64,000 nt of DNA from the NCBI RefSeq assembly GCF_009914755.1, contig NC_060932.1. One strand, 5' to 3'. The position numbers and the translations under genes are program-made. This document shows positions 39,471 to 55,343 of the stretch, piece by piece (the stretch's first letter is position 1; the number at the start of each line of letters is the position of its first letter). Below the pieces are notes generated by a model. That model saw only the letters and a list, made by a program, of their open reading frames with translations. It made no database searches and was not told the origin of the DNA. This stretch comes from the human T2T-CHM13v2.0 reference genome, Homo sapiens.

Positions 39471-40331
39471 TTAGAGATATAAATAATGAGTAATTAGGAG
39501 AGATTAATAGGGAATTATAACATGCTCAATTAAATTCAGAGAAGGCAGAGATGAGCAAAACAGCAAGCAAGGGCAAGTCGAACAAAGAGAAAACAACTAC
39601 CAAGATGATAGATTTTAATGCAGTCATAACAATAATCACTTTAACTGTCCAAATTTATCAGTTAAAAGCCAAACATTATTAGCTTGGATATAGAAGTGTG
39701 ACTTAGTTACATGTTGTCTACAAGAGAGCCAATTCAAATATAAAGACACAGGTTAAACGTAAAAGTGTGAATAAGGATATACCATGCAAACACACAAGAA
39801 AAGCTGCAGTAAGTACATTAAATTCAGTCAAAGTAGGCTCCAGAATAAGAAATATTATTAGAAATAAAGTGGGACATTACAGAATAATAAAGGGTTAACT
39901 TCTACAGGCATACATAACAGTTCTGAAGGTGTATGCACTTAATAGTAGAACTTCAATATACATGAAGCAAAACCCAACAAAGCCACAATTATCATTGGTG
40001 ACTTCAACACCCCTTTGTAGTTATTGATGTAACAAATAGCCAAAACATCAATAAGGATATAAATGATTTAAACATTATAAAACAACTTAATTTAATCGAC
40101 ATTTATCACTCCACCAAAGACCTTTAGAATAAACATTCTTTTTAAGTGTACATAGACCATTCACAAACATAGACTGTACTCTGGGCTACAAAACAAAACA
40201 AACTGTAACGAATTTTGAAAAATGGACATCACAGCAAGTACGTTCTCAAATAATTACAGATTATACTACTAATTTTTTTAAAAGATATCTGGAAGATCCC
40301 CAATTATAGGAAGTTAAACAATACATTTCTT

Positions 40332-40473
40332 ACTTCTTCTTTTTTTTTTTTTTTTTTTTTTTTTTACCGCTTATTATGCTGCCTCGGTTGGTTTCAAACT
40401 CCTGACCTCAAATACTCCTTCTGCCCCACTCTTTCAAGTAGTTGGGATTACAGGCATATGCCACCATGCCAAG
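40332..40473 (-). mobile_element. FLAM / Alu monomer
   Basis: Long T-tail then tcaaactcctgacctcaa...gggattacaggcatatgccaccatgcc. Confidence 0.8.
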
Positions 40474-42601
40474 TTAAATAATAGGTTGTGAAATAACCAG
40501 TGAAAACAGGACAAAAGGTCTTAACAGACACCTCATTAAAGAAAACATATAGATAAAAATAAGCTTATGCAAAGATGCTCAACCTTACTTGTCATTGGGA
40601 AATTTCAAATTAAACAATAATGTGATATCACTACACACCTATTAGAACAGCTATAACAAATAACTGATAATATAGGCATGGCAATAGGAACTATTTGCTA
40701 TGATCAGTATGATTCAAAGAAGAAATCATACAAATTCCTCAAAATTTCTTCCAGAAAATAGAAGAGGAACTTTTTCTAATGTATTCTATAAGTCCAGCAA
40801 TACTCTGTTACCAAAACTAGAGAAAGAAAATTAAAGGGAAGATACAGAACAATACCTCATGAATATACACAGAAATTTCTCAGCAAAATATTATTAAGTT
40901 AAATTCAGCAATATATATAAAAAATACAATATCCTGACCAAGTAGGGTTCATCCCAGGAATGCAAAGCTCATTCAACATTTGATAACCAATTAATGTAAT
41001 TTGATGTATTTACAAACTATACAAGAAACATCACATGATTGTTTCAACAGATGCAGTAAAAGCATTTAGTACATTTCTACGTTCTTTCATGATTTAAAAA
41101 AACTCAGAATAAAAAGAATAGAAAGGAATCTCTTTAACCTAATAAAGGGCAGGCACATGAAAAAACCCTGCTGCTAATATTATATTGAATATCAAGAGAT
41201 TAAATTTTTTACCCCTAAGATCAAGAATAAGGCAAGATGTTTTGTCTTATCACTCTCATTCAACATTATATTGGAAGTCCTAACCAGTACAATAAGACAA
41301 GAAAAAAAAAAAGAGGATTCAGATAGGAAAATAAGAAATAAAACTGTCTCATTTTATAGACAACATGACTATATATGAAGAAAACCCTACAATCTACACA
41401 AAAGCTCCTGAAACTAATAACAGAATTCAGCAAGGTTGCAAGATGTAAAGTCAATATAAAAAATTCAATTGTATTTCTGTTTACTAGCAATTAGCTTTTG
41501 GGATATTGATTTTCAATAGCACCATCTCTCTTAGAAGGAGTATTTATGCATAAATCTAGCAAAAATATGGGCAGGACTTGTATGATGAAAAATCATAAAA
41601 CAGAGATAAAAGGAATAACATGTCTAAACAAATGGAGGATATACCAGATTCATCCCGAATCTAAAAATTCAGCATAATCTCAGTAAAAATTCCAGCAAGT
41701 TTTTTCTATAAATATCAATAAACAGATTGTAAAATTTATATGGGAAGGATAAGGAACTAGAATAGCCAAAATAATTTTGAAAAAAAACAGAATTGGAACA
41801 CATATGCAGCTGGATTTCAATAACTATTGTAAAAGCTACAGAATTATGATAATGTGGTATTGGTGTAAGCATAGACATACATCAGTGGGGGAAAATAGAA
41901 AACCCATAATTAGACCAACACAAATGTAGTCAACTTATTTTTTGAGAAAGATGCAAAGTCAATTCATTCTAGAAAGTACAATTTTTTCAACAAATGATGC
42001 TGAAACAACTGAACATTCGTATGCAAAAAATGAACTACACATACTCCTCACATTTTATACAAAAATAACTCAAAGTATATTATAGATGTAAATGTAAAAT
42101 GTAGAAATATCAAAGTTCTAGAAGAAAGCAGTACAACTTCTGTGTAACCTTGGATTTGGTGATGAGTTGGTAGATACAATACCAAAACAATGAACCATTA
42201 AGAAACAAATTGATAATTTGTGCTTTATCAAAATTAAAACTTTTCGCTTAGACACTGGTATGAGAATTAAAAGACACCTCAGAAAGACTGGCAGAAAATA
42301 TTTGCACATCACATATTTGGTAGAGTTGTTGTATCCAGAAATATGGTTTAAAACCCTTAAAACTCAACAGCAAGAAAACCAGCAACACAATTTTTAAAAT
42401 CTGAGTAAATGTTCTCCAAAGATATATGCCTAGCAAAAATGCTTAACGTTAGGGAAATTCAAATTAAAACCACACTGAAATGCCACTGCCTACCTATCAG
42501 ATTGGTTAAAATAACAGCAGCAAAACAAAAACCTGATAATAGCAAATGCTAGCAAGAAGCACCAACTCTCATTCATTGCAGGTGAAAAATGATACAAAAT
42601 G

Positions 42602-43617
42602 TGAATAGTGCCGCAGTAAACATATGTGTGCATGTGTCTTTATAGTAGCATGATTTATAGTCCTCTGGGTATATACCCAGTAATGGGATGGCTGGGTCAA
42701 ATGGTATGTCTAGTTCTAGATCCCTGAGGAATCGCCACACTGATTTCCACAATGGTTGAACTAGTTTACAGTCCCACCAACAGTGTAAAAGTGTTCCTAT
42801 TTCTCCACATCCTCTCCAGCACCTGTTGTTTCCTGACTTTTTAATGATTGCCATTCTAACTGGTGTGAGATGGTATCTCACTGTGGTTTTGATGTGCATT
42901 TCTCTGATGGCCAGTGATGATGAGCATTTTTTCATGTGTCTTTTGGCTGCATAAATGTCTTCTTTTGAGAAGTGTCTGTTCATATCCTTTGCCCACTTTT
43001 TGATGGGGTTGTTTGTTTTCTTCTTGTAAATTTGTTTGAGTTCATTGTAGATTCTGGATATTAGCCCTTTGTCAGATGAGTAGGTTGTGAAAATTTTCCC
43101 ATTTTTTAGGTTGCCTGTTCACTCTGATGGTAGTTTCTTTTGCTGTGCAGAAGCTCTTTAGTTGAATTAGATCCCATTTGTCAATTTTGGCTTTTCACAA
43201 TAGCAAAGACTTGGAACCAACCCAAATGTCCAACAATCATAGACTGGTTTAAGAAAATGTGGCACATATACACCATGGAATACTATGCAGCCATAAAAAA
43301 TGATGAGTTCATGTCCTTTGTAGGGACATGGATGAAATTGGAAATCATCATTCTCAGTAAACTATCACAAGGACAAAAAACCAAACACTGCATGTTCTCA
43401 CTCATAGATGGGAATTGAACAATGAGAACCCATGGACACAGGAAGGGGAACATCACACTCTGGGGACTGTTGTGGGGTGGGGGGAGGGGGGAGGGATAGC
43501 ATTAGGAGATATACCTAATGCTAAATGACGTGTTAATGGGTGCAGCACACCAGCATGGCACATGTATACATATGTAACTAACCTGCACATTGTGCACATG
43601 TACCCTAAAACTTAGAG

Positions 43618-43661
<44 letters not shown>
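42602..43661 (+). mobile_element. 5'-truncated, inverted L1PA3-like insertion (inverted 42602-43193, sense 43194-43661)
   Basis: ORF2 C-terminal peptides on opposite strands; (AAT)n tail; perfect 18-bp TSD gaaaaatgatacaaaatg at 42584-42601 and 43662-43679. Confidence 0.95.
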
Positions 43662-43824
43662 GAAAAATGATACAAAATGGTATAGCCAATTTGGAGAATA
43701 GTTTGGCAGTTTCTTAAAGTTAAACATACACTTTCTCTACTTCCTGGCAATCATGTAGGGCTGTGTCAGGAAAAGTGCACGAGAAATCAATAACATCTTG
43801 TAGTGCCACAGACTAAGGAAGTGC

Positions 43825-43856
<32 letters not shown>

Positions 43857-45178
43857 TATGCAGGCATGTCAAAGAACACAAAAGCTAAACTCTAAGAGAT
43901 CCCAATGGCCAAACTTGGAATTATTTGAGCAACAAAAGAAATGATAGCACTGGATTATGGCCTAAGAAATAAAGTAAATATCCATGAGTTCATACTGACA
44001 TAATTAAATGATTAGATAAACAAATGGGACAGGGAAGAGACAAATCTTCCTTAGAGAATTCCGAATAGTAAATGCAGAAGGAATGAGAGAAATAGAAAAT
44101 GACCATTACAGCACCTCAATAGTAATGGTTACAAGCATGACCCACAGATGAAGGCTAAACTTAGTATTTGAAACTGTACCGAGAAATAGGATATTTACAT
44201 AGCCTCAATAAATGACAGCCCCAAGATATTTATTAATCACTGTTGTGGTTTTAACAGTTTCTACAAATTCCTGGATACTCATCTTTCCAGAATATGGAGC
44301 TTAATTCCTTTCTCTTTGAGTAAAAGATGGATTTAGTAGCTTGCTTCTAGGCAATAGATTATGGAAAGGGGGGGAAATGTTAATTTTACAGAGGAAAAAC
44401 CTGGCAGACATCATCTAACTAAGTGATCTAACTAACTAGATAATAACTAGTTAACTGAAATAATCTAGTACTAAATCAGATTAATGATGTGATGTGTTGT
44501 GATGACAAGGGCAGTAGACTATAGTGAAATTGTTCCCCCAAATTTGTATCCCCTATCGAATCATGAGAAAATATCAGACAAACCCAAATTGAGGGTCAGC
44601 CTAGAAAAGTACCTCACCAGCTGTCTTCCAAAGTGTCAATGTTATGGAAAAAAAAAAAAGAAAAGATTGGGGACACTAGGGGCACATGATGAATAAATGC
44701 AATGTGGTATATTAGATTGGATCCTGGAAAGGACTTCAGTGAAAAAACTGATGAAACATTTTGATACATGTACCATTGTTACATAAAATGGTAACCTTAG
44801 AAGAAGTTGAGTGAAGCATATAAATGAACTTTCTGTATTGTCTTTGTAACCCTTTGGTAAATCAAAAATTATTTCCAAATAAAAAGAAAGGCATGTCGTC
44901 CTGCACAGGGTGGAGTAGCATGGATGGAAGGGAAGCCTGGGGGTCTTTTATTGTGAGGTGGTGTATTGACCACTCCTCCTGCTATGACTCCTCTTTTTGT
45001 AGCACCCATGGTTCTTTCCTGTCACAAGCTTTGTTTTCCAAACATCATTCTAGGAGACCTTCAATATGTTCTTCGTAAAATAACCTTGGCTTTGTTTAGC
45101 CAGATATCCGTTGCTTACAACATAGTATCCTGGGTGATATGGTTTGCTTTTTAAAATTTAAATGATTTATTCACTAAT

Positions 45179-47455
45179 TATATTTGTCCATTTTCACACT
45201 GCTGATAAAGACATAGCTGAGACTGGGAAGAAAAAAAGGTTTAATTGGACTTACTATTCCACGTGGCCGGGGAGCCATCGGAATCATGGCAGGAGGTGAA
45301 AAGCACTTCCTTACATGGTGGCTACAAGAGAATATGAGGAAGAAGCAAAAGTGGAAACCCCTGATAAACCCATGAGATCTCATGAGACTTACTATCATGA
45401 GAATAGCATGGGAAAGACTGGCCCCATGACTCAATTACCTCCCCCTGGGTCCCTTTCACAACACATGGGAATTCTGGGAGACACAACTCAAGTTGAGATT
45501 TGGGTGGGGACACAGTCAAACCATATCATTCCACCCTGGCTCCTCCAAATCTCATGTGCTCACATTTCAAAACCAATCATGCAATCCCAACAGTCCCCCA
45601 ATGTCTTATTTCAGCGTTAATCCAAAAGTACACAGTCCAAAGTCTCATCTGAGACAAGGCAAGTTCCTTCTGCCTATGAGCCTGTAAAATCAAAAGCAAG
45701 CTAGTTACTTCCCAGATACAATGCAGGTACAGATATTGGTTAAATACAGCCATTCCAAATGGGAGAAATTGGACAAAACAAAGGGGTTACCGGTCCCATG
45801 CAAGTCTTAAATCCAGCAGGGCAGTCAAATTTTAAAGCTCCAAAATGATCTCCTTTGGCTCCAGGTCTCAATCCAACTCACACTGATGCAAGAGGTGGAT
45901 TCCCATGGTCTTGGGCAGTTCTGCCCCTGTGGCTTTGCAGGGTACAGCCTCCCTCCTGGCTTCTTTCATAGGCTGGCATTGAGTGTCTGTGGCTTTTCCA
46001 GGTGCACAGTGCAAGCTGTCAGTGGATCTACTATTCTGAGTTTTGGAAGATGATGGCCCTCTTCTCACAGCTCCACTAGGCAGTGCCCCAACAGGGACTC
46101 TGTGTGGGGGTTCCAAGCCCACATTTCCCTACTGCAATGCCCTAGCAGAGGTTCTCCATGAGGCCCCTGCCCCTGCAGCAAACTTTTGCCTATGCATCCA
46201 GGCATTGTCATACATCTGAAATCTAGGCCGAGGTTTCCAAACATCAGTTCTTGACTTCTGTGTATGCACAGGCTCAATGCTACATGGAAGCTGCCAAGGC
46301 TTGGGGCTTCCACCTTGTGAAGCCACAGCCTGAGCTGTATGTTGGCCCCTTTCGGCCATGGCTGGAGCAGCTGAGACACAGGGCACCAAGTCCCTAGGCT
46401 GCACACAGCACAGGAACCCTGGGCCCAGCCCACAAAACCATTTTTTTCTCCTTGGCCTCAGGGCCTGTGATGAGAGGGGCTGCCATGAAGGCTTCTGACA
46501 TGGCCTGGAGACATTTTCCCTATGGTCTTGGGAATTAACATTAGGCTCCTTGCTACTTATGCAAATTTCTGCAGCCAGCTTGAATTTCTCCCCAGAAAAT
46601 GAGTTTTTCTTTTCTATTGCATAGTCAAGCAGGAAATTTTCCAAACTTTTATGTTCTGCTTCCCTTATAAAACTGAATGCCTTTAACAGCACCCAAGTTA
46701 CCCCTTGAATGTTTTGCTGCTTAGAAATTTCTTCCACCAGATACCCTAAATCATTTGTCTCAAGTTCAAAGTTCCACAAATCTCTAGAGCAGGGGAAAAA
46801 TGCCACCAATCTCTTTGCTAATATGTAACAAGAGTCACCTTTACTGCAGTTCCCAACAAATTCCTCATCTCCATCTGAGAGCACCTCAGCCTGGACCTTA
46901 TTGTACCTATTCTATCAACATTTTGAGCAAAGCCATTCAACAAGTCTCCAGGAGGTTCCAAAATTTCCCACATTTTCTTGTCTTCTTCTGAGTCCTTCAA
47001 AATGTTCCAACCTCTGCCTGTTACCCATTTGCAAAGTTGCTTCCATATTTTCAGGTATTTTTTCAGCAGTGTCCCACTCTGCTGGTACTAATTTACTGTA
47101 TTAGTCCAGTCCATAGTCATGCTACTGATGAAGACATACCCAAGACTGGGGAGAAAAAGAGGTTTAGTTGGATTTACAGTTCCACATGGCTGGGAAGCCC
47201 TCAGAATCATGGTGGGAGGTTAAAGGCACTTCTTACATGGTGGCAGCAAGAGAAAATGAGGAAGAAGCAAAAGTGGAAACCCCTGATAAACCCATCAGAT
47301 CTCGTGAGACTAATTCACTATCATGAGAATAGTACTGGAAAGACTGGCTCCCGTGATTCAATTACCTCCCCCTGGGTCCCTCCCACAACACATGGGAATT
47401 CTAGAAGATATAACTGAAGTTGAGATTTGAGCAGGAACACAGCCAAACCATATCT
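45179..47455 (-). mobile_element. Complete THE1A-type MaLR provirus (LTR 45179-45528, internal 45529-47096, LTR 47097-47455)
   Basis: Two direct LTRs around a ~1.57 kb internal region; perfect 5-bp TSD ctaat. Confidence 0.95.
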
Positions 47456-47499
47456 CTAATTATTCATATGACAATATTGAACATATATTTTAGTATCTA

Positions 47500-47690
47500 T
47501 GTATAGTTTATGTAAACATATAGAACTGTGAAATAATGTGGAATAGTGCTAAGCATAAAAGAAGAGTTAGGTAGTTTCAGTTGAAGAACAGTTATACTTA
47601 CCTGGGTAGAGATGGGGAGAGGAAAACAGGAAAAGCTTTGTGGAGAATACTGAATTTGAATTAGGAGAGTATATAGCATTTAGACAAATT
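47500..47690 (-). mobile_element. Probable highly decayed L2 fragment
   Basis: Purine-rich aggaaaagctttgtggagaa...tttgaatta pattern like antisense L2. Confidence 0.4.
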
Positions 47691-48599
47691 ATAGTCCAAA
47701 TTGAGCAACCAGTTGCTGAATTTTGGTTTTATGTTTATCCAAATAGGCCTTTGTTTCTGCACAATATTAATTGAATATTTTTTTCATCTTCACTACCTAC
47801 ATATTTACCCATTGTAAATAGGTACAAAATAGATTCCGTGCTCTCACACAATCTGATTACCCCCAATTGATGTGAGTGTATCCCTGCCTGCCCTGAAAGA
47901 GAGTTATGGCAATTGTGATAGAATTAAAATGGTCAGAACTGGGGCAAAGAACACAATCTGATGTATCAATACTTTGTTCTCTACAAGATGATGCTCATCA
48001 TGGGCTTTTAAAAAAAGTTTTGTTGTTTTTGGCTTCTCCTAAAAACATATTGAGTTTTACCCAGTTGCAAAACAATACTGAAATATAAATGTTCAAATGT
48101 ACTAGTTTGATTACATTAGGGGGAATTCATGACTTCTAGAGTACCTGCCCACTCTTGCTATGCCTGTGGGTGATAGGGATGCTATCAATGAAAGGAGCAT
48201 AAATTAAACTTATAAAGAAGTTCTTCATGTGTTACAGACATAATTTAGCATGTTCATTATAATGGCTGAAGCCAAAGGATGGATTCTTACATGGAATGTT
48301 ATGACCTCACTGAATATTGTATTTCACTTAGCTCTAGAAGCAGAGGAATCTGTATCAAGTCATAAATTATACAAGAAGTGTAAAAGTGACACCTGAAATA
48401 TGGCTAATAGATCAAAGGGAATGGTATTTTAACTTCTATTAAGGAATTTATGTGTGACACTGTATGGATGAGCATTGTGAGTCAAAAAGATGATAAAATT
48501 TTAGAAACATATCACAACATAGATTTTTATAAAGGATGTATATGTACACTTTAGCGAACAGTAAAAAAGTAGCCATATTCCTGGCACCTGGTTTAAAAA

Positions 48600-49480
48600 A
48601 TAGAATATTACCAATATCTTTATAGTCCCTGTTTTCCTTCTCGGTTCCCATCTTCTTCCTTTCTCCTAGAGATACTTGTGAGGTGAAATTTTGTGTTTAT
48701 TATTCATCCAACTTTCATTATAATTTTATTAGAAATGTGTATATTTATACACAACATATATGTTTAATTTTGTATGCACTAAAGCACATATAAATGGAAT
48801 CTATTGTATGTGTTCCTCTGTGATTTGCTTTTTTTGTCAATGTTATGCTTAAGTTTTAATCATTTTGATGTCTAAACTATAGTTATTCATCTTTACTACT
48901 ATATAGTGTTCATTTGTAATAATGCCCACAGATATTTTTATTTATTCTAATTATAATGAACATATTTCAGTGCCTACTTCTAGTAGATGCAAACACATAG
49001 AATGTAAAATAGTGCAGAAATACTAGTTTTCTATTTTAAATGTGAATGGACACGTGAGAGTTTCTCTAGAATAGTATTTTTTAAGCTTTTCTGACCATTA
49101 CCTTGATAAGCCACGAGTTGGCTTTGCAAAATTCTTACAAAACAATACTTTGATTGCAAGGGATTTCCTTTGACATTTTCTATCCCATTCCACTCCATTT
49201 CATTTTATTGAAAATATTCTGATTTTGTCCCCTGATATTCATTTATCGAGCCACTAATGGGTCATAATCAGCTACCACCCAGCAGTTTTTAAAACATTGC
49301 ACTAGCATGAGGAATGAAATTGCTGGGCTGTAGAATAGGCAGGCTTTCAGTTTTGTTGGACAGTACCTTATTGATTTCCAATCATCTGTGAAGTTGCTCT
49401 CCCAGCAGCAGCACATGTGTTCGCTTTGCTCCACTACTTTGCTCACTTTTGTTATTGTCAGATATTTACATTTTCTGGTT
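48600..49480 (-). mobile_element. L1ME-type 3' fragment
   Basis: atataaatggaatctattgtatgtgttc...gaatgaaattgctgggctgtag...gctctcccagcagcagc. Confidence 0.7.
49072..49290. mobile_element. hAT-Charlie MITE (MER119-like)
   Basis: Termini agtattttttaagc...ccactaatgggtca...cagtttttaaaacattg. Confidence 0.5.
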
Positions 49481-51014
49481 TATTATATTTTATATTTTTA
49501 ATAAAAGAAAATTGAACTGGAACTCAACTGTAAAACTCACCATAGATAATTCAGATTAGTGTAAATCTACTCAGTCTATTAATAAAAATGACACATTGAT
49601 AGGAAACCAGAAGTTACCATTTTGGGAGACATTTTAGTAAATGAGTTTTTTAAGAAAAATATTGATTTATGCCAAAAGTATTCCTAAAAAGTAAAGCATA
49701 ATCAGATCCCAAATCGACATTTTTGGGGGTCTCAAATTGTCTGGATCAAGAGTCAGCTATGAAAAGTATGAATCTATTGTTGTAAAAAATCTGCTTTGGG
49801 CTTAATCTGAATCAGCAGAAATTTTAGCAATACCATAAGCAAATAAAATGTGTTGTTTTGGGCTTTTACGCTCAAGTCTACAACATATTGAAGGAATTCC
49901 TAGTGTTGTTTTTCTGCTGTTTCTGTTTAAACTTCAGCAATATTTTAATTCCCCCGATTTTCCACTGTCTTCAATGAAGAATGATAGGAAGAGATCAGAA
50001 TAATCTGCTTCTTTCATTCTTAATTCCAAATCCTTGAGATACATTTCTGGTGTACATGGCCCTCACTAGTGGTAAATTAGGGTCTTGGGAGGCAGAGGAA
50101 CTTGTACTCTATGATTTGTGCCTCTAACTGGCATGTAGAAGGTTCAGGAGTGTAAGATTTCTAAATTTCCATGCAGGCAATCCTTTAGAGGTTTGCAACA
50201 TCCCCAAGCCCTCAGCCATTCCAAAGTGCTGAGGCAAATTAAGAAGGCCAAGGAAGTCAGTTAAGTTATCTTCTTGTAGACAGACAGCAAATTTATTTAT
50301 GGCAAATTCTCTGGCCACTTGCCAACATAGAACACTGTTCACACAAAACTGGTTGGGAAGGGGAGGCAGACAAAGGAAGCCTTCAAAGCTGAATCCTGGG
50401 CCATAGCATTACTGGGGCTTCCTAAAAGAACAGCCTCTATAGTTTTAGAAGAGTAATTTGGGTGAAGGTTTCCTGATAGGGCTTAAAAAGGGATGTATCC
50501 TACCATAAGATGAGTCTACTCTATGGAAAATGATATTTTATAGCATTTCAACGACAACATTTCATTTTGCAGAGCAGCACACATGATCCAGGGAGGAAAG
50601 GAGTAACACTGGTAGGAGTTAAGACAAGCAAGTTTTTGGTTCTGGTCTTGTTGTCAGGCAATTAAAATAACAAAAACCAAACAACAACTTCTATTTAGAA
50701 CTGGTCAAGATGTTTTTAGAGTCATAAAATTCCATCTATTTTCATAAGTTAAATGTAACCTACAACATCATTTCCCATTTAACTCTCAGATTGTGTTCTC
50801 TATTTCAAAAATGAATAGAAAGACTCTCCACATGGAGTATTCTCTGTCAGTTTACTTTGAGTTCTGAAAACTTCTGGTTTTCACACAATTATTTTCATAG
50901 TCATAGTTATGTTATTTAAAGAAATAGTTTCATTTAAATGTGAGTCTAAAGGCTGAAGAAAAAACCTCCCAAACAACAAAATTTTAGTTTATGGTCTCTC
51001 TTAGGTCTAATACA

Positions 51015-53900
<2,886 letters not shown>

Positions 53901-53954
53901 ACTTTTGCCTCTAGTGTTCAGATGGTAGCCTCAAGAATCATGTTCCAGTTAGAC

Positions 53955-54200
53955 TAAGCTTCTCCAACACGCAGCCCACAAGCCATATGCAGCCCAGGAT
54001 GGCTTTGATTGTGGCCCAGCACAAATTCATAAACTTTCTTATAACGTTCTGAGATTTTTTTGTGACTTTTTTTAGCTCATCAGCTATGGCTAGTGTTAGT
54101 GTATTTTATGTGTGGCCCAAGACAATTCTTCTTCTTTCAGTGTGGCTCAAGACAATTCTTCTTCCAGTGTGGCCCAGGAAAGCCAAATTGGACACCCCTG
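53955..54200 (-). mobile_element. MER30 (hAT-Charlie MITE)
   Basis: aagcttctccaac...ttggacacccctg; perfect 8-bp TSD agttagac. Confidence 0.88.
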
Positions 54201-55233
54201 AGTTAGACTCTTCCATCATTCACTATACATCTGAAGAAATAAAAATGTCTTATCCACATCCTTGCTTTGACAAATAGCTCAGCAAATACACCATTAGTCC
54301 CAAGATAACACTCTAACTTAAATCACTTAGGGATTAACCTTATGTGTGAATCAGTGATACTCCCTATTTCCTAGTCGAGAAAAACCCAGGTGTTAATTTT
54401 TGTTATTGACCTAACTGTCTCATTAGTGTTATTTTCCCCCTTTGTAATGGCTGTGAGACTTGTGATATTTTTGTGGCTATTTTAGCTGCTATGTTATGTA
54501 AAAAATTTCCCAAATTGGTGATAACAAGTTGAAAACATTCCTAAACAATTGGAGAAAGTGGTTCTTAAGTCTACGCTGGAGGCATCCAGACAGCTGGAAG
54601 CTGTGCCTGAGTCCTGAAAAGCTGATAGAATACCTACAGGCAAACCAATCAGCTAGTGAGGTGCTCACAGCTAGTGAGAAACTCCAGTTAACAAACTCCA
54701 CAGCCTATTGTGGAGACAAGCTAGCTTTCTGCCTCTTTGTTCCACATCTTTACATTGCATAATATTTTGCATTTATTAATATTAATAGACTACATAGAAA
54801 TAGTTGCCAAGTCTTTCACCTCCTATGCCCTGGTGGTACTAATAGGCACGGAAACTCTGGCAAAATAAGGGAAAAGAAGGCGGGGAGGCAAGGAAAGTTG
54901 GCCAGGATTAAAACAAGTTATGGAATTTATGTCCTCTGGAGAAGCTTTAATGACACATGTGCCTCAGGTTAAGAAAAGAACAAATACATTTTAGCCGCTT
55001 AGGGAAGTGCATCTTGCTGGAAGATAGGAAGTGATCAAGCAAGGATGTGGAGTCAAATGCCGAGGATCAGAGAAATAAGAATTCCTGGTTGCCCTGAAGA
55101 TTCAATGCATGGAGTGAGGTTCCCGAAATTGGGAAGCCACACACAGGACCTGGTATCTTCCAAGGTCTCACCTGCCCAGTAGGGAAAAGGAAGCACCAAC
55201 TAGCAAAGTCAAGGTGAAAGGTAATGCTAATGA

Positions 55234-55343
55234 TCAGGATCTCTGGTAAGCCAAGGTGTTGCAGGTGGTGGAATTAGCTGTTGTTTTTCTCCTTCTTTGT
55301 TCTGTTATGAGTTGCTCTAATGGCTTGAGTTGGTTGGCCTCTA
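55234..55343 (+). repeat. Direct local copy of 53444-53548 (L1PB 5'UTR piece)
   Basis: Near-identical sequence, differing by about one substitution and one short indel region. Confidence 0.95.
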
